Assembly (NCBI GenBank): GCA_013416795.1
Contig: RQSC01000635.1
Coordinates: 1-57,376, forward strand
Direction of reading: 5' to 3'
Source of the DNA: Prasinococcaceae sp. CCMP 1430
Taxonomy: Eukaryota; Plantae; Prasinodermophyta
DNA length: 57,376 bases
Shown one piece after another: positions 1-9,701 of the stretch. Within the stretch, counting starts at the first letter, position 1. Every line of letters begins with the position of its first letter. A program made the position numbers and the translations under genes. The notes beneath the pieces were generated by a model. The model saw only the letters and a program-made list of their open reading frames with translations. It had not been told where the DNA came from and ran no database searches.

Positions 1-345
1 CCCGCAGCTCAGTGCAATGTGATGACCGCCGCCGCCGCCGCCAGCTCCGCTCTTGCCACCACCGCCGCCGCCGGTGCGGCTCGGAGAGGGGCGCGCGATG
101 CTATCGGCGCCGATGATGTCACGCTTGCGGATCACGGCGCGGCTGCCATCCGACCTGTAGCCATCGTCGGAGCTGTAACCACCCTCGCGGGTTGAGTGGA
201 TCTTCTTGTAGAGCTGCACGTTGGGGCGCTTGCGCGTGACCCGCGTGCCCGGCTTGGCGGCGTTGCCACCGCGGCCTAGGCTGCCCGATGCCACGCACGG
301 AAGCCGAACAGGCACCAACGCAGTGGCGCGTGCGGCGAACGCCAT
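1..345 (-). CDS. Hypothetical protein, 5' part only (runs off the window); N-terminus resembles an organellar transit peptide
   Basis: Manual translation from ATG at 345 gives MAFAARATALVPVRLPCVASGSLGRGGNAAKPGTRVTRKRPNVQLYKKIHSTREGGYSSDDGYRSDGSRAVIRKRDIIG..., open to position 1. Divergent from MND1. No family recognised. Confidence 0.45.
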   Translation of the reverse strand, partial: MAFAARATALVPVRLPCVASGSLGRGGNAAKPGTRVTRKRPNVQLYKKIHSTREGGYSSDDGYRSDGSRAVIRKRDIIGADSIARPSPSRTGGGGGGKSGAGGGGGGHHIALSCG

Positions 346-1285
346 GGCAATTCTCGCGCGCCCTGTGTCCAGCGGAGCGGCGCGGTCGCGCCCCCCCCCA
401 CCCACCCATCCACGGCGCCCCGGCAGCGGCGTCAGCACAGCGGCAGCGCGGACCCGGCGCCCGCAGCGCCCGCAGCGCGGGCGCGCTGGGAGGCGGCCGG
501 CGCGACCGCCGCCGCGGCAGCAGCCTCTGCCTCGAACGTCGCGACTCACCTCTTGAGCAACACGCGCGCGCGCGCCTTCCCCCTTCCTCCCCCCCCCCTC
601 TTCCCTTCCCCCGTTGCCGCGCGCGCGCAATGTGGTGCGGGCAACACCAACCGTCAGATGCGCAGCAGCGATCTTTCGACGACACGTTTCACATAACCTC
701 CTCTCCAAATACGCACAATCCGTATACCAAACATGTTGTATCGCGGTCACAACACGCGTCGAAATCAACATCCGGAAACTCCTATCTCCGTCGGGGCGAA
801 TCTGCGCAGCTCAGCGCGTTCGGTGCTCTCCCGTGAGTACATAATACACACTTTTTGACTTTTCATCCTCGATCCTGCCAACTCACGATCCATGTCCAGG
901 TCGAGGCCGGGCGCGTGTGAAAAGATTTAACCCTAAGTTTAAAACCGTAAATACGGCCCTCACAGGCCATCGGGCGCCGGCAGCGGACGCATTCGTTTTG
1001 ACCTGGGGCCGAAAAAAGCGGCGGAGGCGCGCTTCGAACGCGCAGAGGCGAGGGGAGGAGCCCGCGCGGGAGGGGGTGCCGGGGCGGAGCGGGAGCCACA
1101 CGGCGCGCGGGCAGCGGCAGCGGGAGGCGCCCTTCGTCCTGCGCGTCACCTTCCCGTGGCGGCAGCGCCGCTCCTTGCGAGCGAGCGACGGGGCGTGGCC
1201 GAGCGGGGCGAGGGCGTCGGAGCGATCGAGCGGCCGGGCGGGCCGGCGGTGCGCTGCCGCGCGGCCGGGGCGGCGGGCGCCAGCG

Positions 1286-1912
1286 ATGGGGAAGGTGCGC
1301 GGACTCTCGCTCCAGGAGAAGCGCGACAAGGTCATGGCGATCTTCACCGAGCCTGGCGCGCTCTTCTTCAATGAGAAAGAGATCGCGCAGCTCGCGGCGA
1401 AGAGGGGCGTGCGCGACGGCCCCGACATCCTGAAGACGCTCGTCGACGACGACCTGGTCACGTCGGACAAGGTTGGCGTGTCACGGTACTTCTGGCACCT
1501 GCCGTCGGAGGCGGAGAAGAAGCTCCGCACGAGGAAGCGAAAGGCCGAGGCCGCCACCGAGGAGCGCGAGGCGACGAAAAAGCGCCACGTGGAGGCGACA
1601 GCAGCGCTGCGAGCTGAGCGAGCTGGCGGGGACGAACGAGAGGCCGGGCTCAAGGAGCTCGCCGAGCTCAAGTCCAAGGAGGCGGCCCTGCTCGAGGAGC
1701 TCAGCCAGTTCGCCGCCGTGGACCCGGAAAAGCTCGCCGAGATTCGCAAAGCGCGCACGGAGGCGCTGATTGCCGCCAACCGCTGGACGGACAACATCTT
1801 CAGCATTCAATCGTACCTGCGCAACAAATTCTCGATGGAACGCAGGGCAGTCAAGGAGGTCTGCAAGCAGGCGGGCGTTCCTGACGACCTGGACAACATC
1901 GATGTTCATTGA
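1286..1912 (+). CDS. MND1: Meiotic nuclear division protein 1
   Basis: MGKVRGLSLQEKRDK N-terminus, winged-helix segment LVDDDLVTSDKVGVSRYFW, coiled coil, and the hallmark AANRWTDNIF; intronless, 208 aa. Confidence 0.93.
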   Translation: MGKVRGLSLQEKRDKVMAIFTEPGALFFNEKEIAQLAAKRGVRDGPDILKTLVDDDLVTSDKVGVSRYFWHLPSEAEKKLRTRKRKAEAATEEREATKKRHVEATAALRAERAGGDEREAGLKELAELKSKEAALLEELSQFAAVDPEKLAEIRKARTEALIAANRWTDNIFSIQSYLRNKFSMERRAVKEVCKQAGVPDDLDNIDVH

Positions 1913-2076
1913 GAGAGCGCCTCGTGTGCATTCTAATGCGCCGCAACGTTGAGATGCTGCGAGGGCACCGCCGCCCTTCCATGTGGGTGCGCTTTTGTGC
2001 CTGGTACGCTCGCCACCTTGCCGACTGCGAGCGTGCCTTCCGAGCCTCCGGTGACGTCTTCAAGCCTTCGGCTAGC

Positions 2077-2079
<3 letters not shown>

Positions 2080-2117
<38 letters not shown>
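2080..2117. repeat. (AG)n microsatellite between convergent MND1 and TRAPPC13 3' ends
   Basis: Perfect AG dinucleotide run seen directly. Confidence 0.95.
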
Positions 2118-2120
<3 letters not shown>

Positions 2121-2247
2121 GTGCAGGACGAACTACCGTGCATGGCCGAGGCATGCATGCCCACTGCCCACATTGGGTTAAAAAAATGAGATGTCGACGA
2201 TTGACACCGACGAATATTATCAAATCGAGAGCAGCGCGCTCGCAACA

Positions 2248-3732
2248 TCAGCCTCCTGAGGCTGCCTTTGCTTTCACGTCAACGTCCATCGCCGGCAGCG
2301 AATCCAGCGGCAGGTTGTCGAGGCCCACCAGCTCGACGCGCGGCAATGGCTGCACGCCGCACGCGGTCGCCGCCAAAATGAAGCGCACGTCGGCACGTGC
2401 GCGCGGTGCCAACCCTTCCGCAAGGAGGGCGGAGCGCTCGCCGAGGAGCAGCACCGTCTCCTCCGAAAGCTTCGGCGCAGTGGCGGCGCCCGCCACACCG
2501 GCAGCGGGGCCTTCGTCCTCACCTCCACCCACGCAACGCACGCGCATGGCGCCCATCGCCCGCTCTGTGTGGTTGGTCACGCGCACTTCGAGGACGAAGG
2601 GCTCCTCGAGCTGCACCGCGTTGGAGGCCATCGCCGCAACGGACAACGACACGTCCCTCGTTGGCGTCGCCGGCCCCATGATCTGATGCGTCTGTAGCCG
2701 CCCGCTCTCACCCATGCACATGGACCAGCGGATCTCTAGCTTTCCCAGTGACGCGCCGCTCGCGGCCGCCGCTGCCGCTGCGACCTTCACTGGGCTCGCT
2801 GCGGTGGCCGCCGCGCCCGCGCCCTCGGCCGCCGCCGACGCCCGCTCGAGCCTGAACAGAAAGTTGCGCGACCCGCCGCCAGGCATGAGCAGCGTGGGGT
2901 TGGCTGGTAGCCCGTCGGCGTCGGCGGCCCCCGCGGCTCCCGCACCTGTGCCTACGCCAGCACCCGCGCCGACCTGCACACCGCGCAGCCCCGCGGCTGG
3001 CGCGAGGCGCACCGACTCGAGGAACATTGGCTCGCGCCCCGCGCACTCGATGGACGCCTCCAACAGCGTCGCCCCGCCCCCGCCCCCGCCTGTGCTGCCC
3101 GCGCCGACCTGCCGCAGCTTCGTGCGCACCGACAGCGGGTTGCCGGCGGCGAACTTGAAGTGCTGCTGCAGCAGGCGGCGCTCGCCATCGGCGCTGTCGG
3201 AGTAGCTCGCCGCGCACGCCAGCATGTGCGGGCCGAGCTCCTTGAGGTCCGCCTCGACCAGAAAGTCGTAGTGCTCGCCCGGCGCGAGCTGTGCGAGCGG
3301 CGCCGCCGTCGAGTCGAACAGCGTCGTGCGGCCGCGCTCGGCGGAGAGCTCGGCCTTAATGCCCACGTTTGCGACAGCGCGCCGCGCTCCGTTGGACACG
3401 CGCACGAGGGACACGAAGGTCTCGCCAAGCGAGATGTGGCCGAACGCCGGCGGAACGCACAGCGCGCCGCGCGATGCCCGCGGCGGGCGCAGGCACAGCG
3501 AGCGCACCTCCGGATCCTCCTCAGCCAATGCCCGCGCGTTCCCGCTTAGGACCTCTGCTCGCTCGGCGAACGCGACATCCGCGGCCGTCTGCGCCCCGCC
3601 GCCCGCGCCGCTCGCCCCGCCCGCGCCGAGCAGCGCGCGCACGTCATCGAGCGGCGGCGGCGCCTCCGCCGTCGGCGCCAGCGGCGGCGCGCGCAGGCGC
3701 ATCACGCGGAACTGCAGCGCGTGGTCCGACAT
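2248..3732 (-). CDS. TRAPPC13: Trafficking protein particle complex subunit 13 (DUF974)
   Basis: HALQFRVMRL N-terminus; PPAFGHISLGETF; HMLACAASY; FKFAAGNPLSVRTK; LGKLEIRWSMCMGESGRLQT. Start taken at MSDHAL (3732). Confidence 0.9.
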   Translation of the reverse strand: MSDHALQFRVMRLRAPPLAPTAEAPPPLDDVRALLGAGGASGAGGGAQTAADVAFAERAEVLSGNARALAEEDPEVRSLCLRPPRASRGALCVPPAFGHISLGETFVSLVRVSNGARRAVANVGIKAELSAERGRTTLFDSTAAPLAQLAPGEHYDFLVEADLKELGPHMLACAASYSDSADGERRLLQQHFKFAAGNPLSVRTKLRQVGAGSTGGGGGGATLLEASIECAGREPMFLESVRLAPAAGLRGVQVGAGAGVGTGAGAAGAADADGLPANPTLLMPGGGSRNFLFRLERASAAAEGAGAAATAASPVKVAAAAAAASGASLGKLEIRWSMCMGESGRLQTHQIMGPATPTRDVSLSVAAMASNAVQLEEPFVLEVRVTNHTERAMGAMRVRCVGGGEDEGPAAGVAGAATAPKLSEETVLLLGERSALLAEGLAPRARADVRFILAATACGVQPLPRVELVGLDNLPLDSLPAMDVDVKAKAASGG

Positions 3733-4152
3733 CGCCGCCCGCGGGACCGCCAGCGCAAGAGCGCGCGCAGGAGGGGGAGGAGGTGGGTCGAGGCTGAGGA
3801 GGGTGTCTGTGTGGGTGAGAGCGCAGGGGGGAGGCACGCGCGCGCGCGCTCAGCGCGCGCGCTGTGGCGCGCGGCCGGGCTGGCAGCACCCGCATCTAAA
3901 CACCCACGGGAGATCCCTGTCAAAGCTGCTCTGCAGGATACGAAGCATGGGATTTGAGTGCACAAAACGCAGAATGCTCGGCGAAATTCGACGGCGTTCG
4001 AACGCCCGCGGGCGCCGCGCCACAGCGCGTGCGCGGCGCGGCGCCGCCCGCCTGCCCGCGGCGAGGAGGCAGAGGAGAGAGAGGGGGGCGGGCCGGACGG
4101 GCTGGGAACTGCAATCGAGGCGGGAGGGTGCGCCAGCGGGGACGCGGGCGCG

Positions 4153-4850
4153 ATGGCGGCCGGGGGCGCGCCGGCGCGAGGCGCGGAGCTCGTGGAGCGC
4201 CTCACGGCGCGGCTGCGACGGCGCGCGCGGACGCCGAGGCGGCGGCGCGCGAGGCGGCGGAGGCTGAGGCTGCGCGGCAGAAGGTATCGCGCGCGCGGCG
4301 CTCGCGAACGCTCGACGAAGCAAGGCGTTGCTGGGTGCGCACGCATGCGAGACAGAGCGAGCCTCGCCCTCGACACGACCGAACGCTGACCCACACGCGC
4401 GCGCAGGCGCGGGCTGACGCTCTTGAAACGCAACTCGGCATGGCGACGGCGCTGCGGGCCGAGGCCGAGGACGCTACGCGGGCCGTGGAAGCCGCCGAGG
4501 CCGAGGCCGCGGCGCACAAGGCACGCGCTGAAGAGCTCGAGGAGCGCCTTCACACAGTCACCTTGGCAGCGATCGGCGCAGCTGGGCGCGGCATGCAGTC
4601 GCTTCAGATCGGGCACACGAGGAGTGGCAGCAGCTACGAGCGCCTCCAGCGCGAAAAGCTCGAAGGCGTAGAAGACATCGTCGAGCACCGCCGCCCGTCG
4701 CAGCTGCATCAGCAGGAACGGTTCTACGAGGGGGAGCGAGCGCCTACGACCCTTGCACGCGTCGCATGCGCTCAGGGGCGCATGGAGCGCCTGCGCGGGC
4801 TCAACAACGCGCTGCGCAGCGGTGACGCCGCTGTGCGAGCTGTAATGTGA
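4153..4850 (+). CDS. Coiled-coil hypothetical protein (intron 4284-4406; apparent 1-nt frameshift near 4215)
   Basis: Ala/Glu-rich heptads (ELVERLTARL / ATARADAEAAAREAAEAEAARQK / ARADALETQL...EELEERL); GT..CTGAC..CAG intron; the first two blocks join only if one G is restored at 4215. Confidence 0.5.
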
Positions 4851-4995
4851 GCACGCACGCGCGCAAACAGCGCACTCGCTTGCGGGCGGCAGATCACAGA
4901 TAATACACCAGCTTTGCATCATTTATGCGTCGTTTCAGTGGCCCAGAGAGAATAGGAGTCCAACCGCCGGCGTCGGTGTGCGCCCGCGCCCGCGC

Positions 4996-6304
4996 TCACT
5001 TGCGTTTGTCGAGCGCCGACCACACCGCCGCTGTGATGAGCCCTACCGAGCACATCAAGATAATCGAGATCGCACACGGCACAACGCTCGCAGGGTCGGG
5101 CAAGTGCTTGGACACCAGGAGCACCGCCAGGAGGGAGCTCAGCATGGAGCAGCCCAGCGCGACCGTGCGGGTCTCCGCAGTCGCGAAGCCAGCCACGCGC
5201 GATGCTGCGAACCCGCCGCCCAGCGTGCCTAGATGGAGGGCCAAGACGGCCGGTAGTACGGCCTGCGAGCCACGGAAGGGAAGCGGGCGCATTTTGGCGC
5301 GCGGGCGCGCGCGCAGCCGGGCGCGTGCGTCAGCGAGAGCCCAGGCTACCGATCGCGGCGTTCGCAGTGCTCGTGCAGACAGAATGGGTGCATGCGCGTC
5401 GGGGCGCGCGCGCACGCACCAGGCCCATGCTCGACTTCATCGCCGCTGCGTGCGCGGCAACGGGAGCTCCGGAGCAGACTGTGGCGCCGGCGAGTCCCAG
5501 GAAGGGCAGCACCACCTTCAGGAGCGATGCCACGGCGGGCAGGTATTGATTCATCAGCAGGCCGAAGAGCACGGGCAGCAGGACCACGTCAATAATGGTC
5601 TTGATCATGCCCATGGTGTCTAACTGTACGCTCACGCCCACCAGCGCCTCTGCCAGCAGCGGCGTGGTGGCCACGCTCAGGATAGTGCTCAGCGCGACGA
5701 GCATGACGCTCACGGGCACGTTGCCGCTGCACACCACGGTGCCGAAGTTGCACAGCGTGGAGACGGGCACGCAAGCGAGCATGTAGATACCCGCAGCAAT
5801 GGCGGCAGGCGGACTGAAGACGGCAACCACCGCGGCCGCCACCAGCGGGCGCACCGCGATGCTGATGAGCAGGCCCAAGGACACTGTCTTCCACGGCATC
5901 GTCGTGAAGTCCTGCGTTTGAGAGAGGGCGCGTGCACGCGCGCGGAGGCGTCAGAGCCAGCGCGCGCGCATGGGCACACGGGCGCACGGGCGCGCGCGAG
6001 AGAGGAACACAGAGAGAGAATAGGCGACGGAGAGTGCGAGCGCCTGCTCGCGAGCGCTGCGCACGAGAGCGCGCGAGCGAGAACGCCTTTGTACCTTGAA
6101 CTCGAGGTTGATGCCCACCGACACCATGATGGCAGTGAGCGCCACGCTCCACCACTCTTTGCCGATCCACGCGAACGCCGGTGGGTGCGCGAGCGCGGCG
6201 CCGGCAATGATGAGCGTATAGTACGGCAGCACGTTGCTCACGAACGCCTTGGTGGCGCCCGCCGCCGCCGCGAGCCCGCCGCCTGGCGGCGCCGGCTCCG
6301 CCGC
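4996..6304 (-). CDS. Bile acid:sodium symporter (BASS) family plastid-type transporter; 5' end lost in gap
   Basis: Exons <6304-6095, 5911-5420, 5262-4996. Multiple TM helices, ACVPVSTLCNFGTVVCSGNVPVSVML, STILSVATTPLL, ETRTVALGCSMLSS, VPCAISIILM match BASS-family motifs. Confidence 0.85.
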
Positions 6305-6528
6305 NNNNNNNNNNNNNNNNNNNNNNNNNNNNNNNNNNNNNNNNNNNNNNNNNNNNNNNNNNNNNNNNNNNNNNNNNNNNNNNNNNNNNNNNNNNNNNNN
6401 NNNNNNNNNNNNNNNNNNNNNNNNNNNNNNNNNNNNNNNNNNNNNNNNNNNNNNNGCGCAGCGCCGGCGCGGCGCCGGGACGCGGGCGCGGATCGGCGCG
6501 TGTGCGCCCGCGCACAGACGTCCTGGCG

Positions 6529-7920
6529 ATGGCGGCCGAGCTGTGGGCGGACGAGCGCGAGGTGGTGGCGTCGGCGTACGAGTCCGAGCTCCAGCCCGAG
6601 GAATCCGAGCGCGGCGATCTGGCGCTGACGCTACGTGGGCTGGGGCCGCACACGGCGGGCGGCGCCGAGGACGTGTGGGTGCGCCTCGACGTGCGCTTCG
6701 CGCTGTCTGGCGTGCCTGCGGCCTCAGGCCTTCCGGACTTCGCCGCCGAGGACGTGGAGGCCGAGGTGCTGAACGCGCGCGGCATGGATGAGGATACGGC
6801 CGTCGAGATGCTCGCGGCGGCGCGCGCCGAGGCGCTCGATGAGGGCTGCGCGGAGCCGCCGGGCGTGTGCCTCGCGTGGGCGAGTGCGCTGGTGGAGGCG
6901 CTGATGGCGGCGAACGAGGCCGCCCCGGCCGAGGGCGACTGCTCGGTCTGTTTGTGCCCGCTGCGCGATGAGGACGACGACGAGCCCGAGGCGGTCGTGC
7001 GAGTGAGCTCGTGCATGCACCGCTTCCACCGCGCGTGCATTGTGCGCTGGTGGACCACGGCGGCCGACGCGGCCCTCGCCGAGGACATCAGCCGTCGAAA
7101 CCCCACGCACACGCCTGCAGCACCAAGGTGCGAAGCTAGACGGCGCTGGTGCGCGCTCGGCGGGCACGCGCTGGGCCATGGGACGCAATGAAACTGACGC
7201 CGCCGCCTTGCGACTCTAACACGACGTCTTACGCCCGCTGGATGCCACCGCAGGTGCCCGGTGTGCAAGACCGTCGTCCCGATCGAGGACGTGCGCAAGA
7301 TTTTAGGCGATGCGTTCGCTGATGCCGTCGGGGTGGAGGTGCGCACGGGCGCGGGGGCGAAGACGCCCGAGGAGGCAGCGCTTGCCGTCGCCGCCGCGCA
7401 GGAGAAGGCGGCGATTGAAGCTGCCGCTGCTGCGGAGAAGCGCGCAGGGGGGGAGAGTGAGGCAAGCCACGAATGCGCCGTGATAGGCGAGGCGAGCGAT
7501 GTAGAGAGGCCCGCAATGGTGCACGGCGAACCGCTGCTCGAGCGCAAGAGCACATTTCAGGCGCACGTGGCGATGGTTCGCTCGCAAGCCGAGGTCGAGG
7601 CGGCGATGGCGTACCTGTATGAGTCGCACCTTCGCATCAAGCGTGCGACGCACAACATGCTGGCCTATCGCATCCGCAGCGAGAGCGGCGGGATCATCGC
7701 AGACCACGACGACGATGGCGAGGCCGCCAGCGGCGGGCGGCTCGCGCACCTGCTGCAGGTCACACAGGCCGAAAATGTGCTTGTGGTGGTCAGCCGCTGG
7801 TTCGGAGGGGTGCTGCTCGGGCCGAGCCGCTTCACCCTTATAAACAAGGTCGCGCGTGAGCTGCTGGTGGCAGAGGGCATCGTCGCGAAGCCCTCAGGCA
7901 AGAGAAAGGGCGGCAAGTGA
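6529..7920 (+). CDS. RWD - RING-H2 - IMPACT (UPF0029) fusion protein
   Basis: Exons 6529-7127 and 7254-7920. Splicing (phase 2) completes the RING-H2: CSVC...CMHRFHRAC..W...RCPVC. C-terminal domain RKSTFQAH, ATHNMLAYR, DDDGEAASGGRL, VVVSRWFGGVLLGPSRF is IMPACT/YigZ. Confidence 0.88.
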
Positions 7921-7984
7921 GCCCCGGGCAGAATCTTTTAATATGTGTACTGCTGTATCATACACCAAACCTCGCAACACCGCA

Positions 7985-8869
7985 CTACGCTTGGCGCAGC
8001 TTTGTTCGGCCGAGCACGACGACGCGAGCGTCGCGGCGACCGTAGCGCGTCGCTGCAGCGTGTGAGCCGTGAAAGAGGTCCAGCCGCCCCGCGCCGGTGA
8101 TGGCGCCTCCCCTGTCCTCTACCACGCCGTCGCCCCACCCAGGGACGCGAAGCCTCGTGCCGAACGGCAGATGGGCCGTGTCAGCCGCGATGGTGCCGTC
8201 TCTAGCTCGCCACCGGAAGGTGAGAAGCCGGCACGTCGCTCCAAGAGGGTTGCTCAGCGCGCGCAGCGACAGCAGCGGCGGCCTTGGCGGCCGCGGGGCA
8301 ACATTAGTGGACGTGGTGCCCGCGTAGGGCCGGCCTGCCAGCGAGGTCTCCGCCCAGTATCGGCGCACAGGAAAAGCTGCCCCGATCCCACCGCCGACAA
8401 TGCTTCCCTTCGTCGCCGCTTGCGAACAGAGCTCTGCCGCCTCGCTCCAGCTGCGTGGCCGCTGACCCCCCGTCGCTCCGTGCCCACGCAGGAGCCTCCC
8501 TACTAACGTGGTGCCGTCACGGCGCTGCCCCTGCCGCTGCCGCTGCCTCTTGACGGCCCCCGGCCGAAGGCTGGACAACCCGCCCTCGGGGACGATGGGT
8601 CGCGCGAGCGCGAGTGCCGCGACGGCCACCGTCGCGCCCACAGCCGCGCCCAAGGCCACGCCCACGGCCCGCTCGCGGGCGGTGGCCTCCTCCGAGTGCC
8701 TCCTGCGCCGAGGAAAGAGCGGCAGCGTGCGCGTACCCGACGCGCGCACCGCGCCCAGCGTGAGCGGGAAGTACAGCGGCAGCAGGGGGCACGCGGCGCC
8801 GTAGTGCCAGCCGCAGCAGCGCTGGCAGCCGCAGTACGCCGTCGTGTGCATGCGCTCCGTGCGCGGCAT
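7985..8869 (-). CDS. 3D (Asp-Asp-Asp) domain protein, MltA-related peptidoglycan-acting fold
   Basis: TTAYCGCQRCCGW ... GTIAADTAHLPFGTRLRVPGWGDGVVEDRGGAITGAGRLDLFHGSH..A..YGRR; all three signature Asp present. Start at 8869 is tentative. Confidence 0.8.
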   Translation of the reverse strand: MPRTERMHTTAYCGCQRCCGWHYGAACPLLPLYFPLTLGAVRASGTRTLPLFPRRRRHSEEATARERAVGVALGAAVGATVAVAALALARPIVPEGGLSSLRPGAVKRQRQRQGQRRDGTTLVGRLLRGHGATGGQRPRSWSEAAELCSQAATKGSIVGGGIGAAFPVRRYWAETSLAGRPYAGTTSTNVAPRPPRPPLLSLRALSNPLGATCRLLTFRWRARDGTIAADTAHLPFGTRLRVPGWGDGVVEDRGGAITGAGRLDLFHGSHAAATRYGRRDARVVVLGRTKLRQA

Positions 8870-9701
8870 CGCCAAGCCGCCTTTCTCGTCGCGCGAATCG
8901 ATCCCTGCGCCGGCCGCCGAGCCGCCCGTCTGCCACCGCGACCGCGGGGCGCGCGCGGCGCGCGAACCCACCCTGCCCCGCGCGCGCCGCGCGCAGACCC
9001 GTAGCCCTGGCCGCGCGCGCGGCCCCGCGCAGGGGCGCAAGTAAGGGCTCACACAACATAGGGTCTATACATCACATCAAAATACATCCACACACATTCA
9101 CATTGCGAGTTGGCGTGAGGTTTGGGGTTGAGGTTTGGATTTCGGCGGGCGGGGGGGGGGGGGGGGGGGGCGCGCTGCAGGCGCGCGCGCGCGCGCGGCC
9201 CGGCGGGAACAAAACCTTAACCAATGCGCCGTTCGATACGATGCTATGTGATATTAGATATAGACCCTTTTTTCGAAATACCCTTATCTGGCCGCGCCGG
9301 GCGGCGGCGGCGGCGCGCGGCGCCCCTTTTTTTCCGCCGCGTCGTTTCGCCCCCGAAAAAGAGCCCGAATAAAAAATCAAAATGTGGGCCCGGCGCGGAT
9401 GAGTTTGGGGGGGGCGCCGCCGGGGCGGGTGCGGGCGGGCGCTCCGCCGCGATCCGCGAAAAACATCCGGGGAGACGCGCGCGGGAACCGCGGCTGATTT
9501 TTTTTAGATTCGGATTCAGATTTTTAGATTTTTATTATTTTATTTTATTATTGCGCGGATCGCGCGGGCGCAGGCGGCTCGCGGGGGCGCACCACACGCC
9601 GGCACCGCTGCAGGGGGGCGGAGGGGGTGGGAGCGGGGTGGGTGGGGGGAAGGGGGTGCGTCCGCTGCGGACGGGGGTGACGTCGCTGGCGTAGGTCACG
9701 A

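Noticed and set aside
8501-8507. TACTAAC yeast-type branch-point consensus
   Set aside because: It lies on the strand opposite the 3D-domain gene, and no plus-strand gene model uses it.
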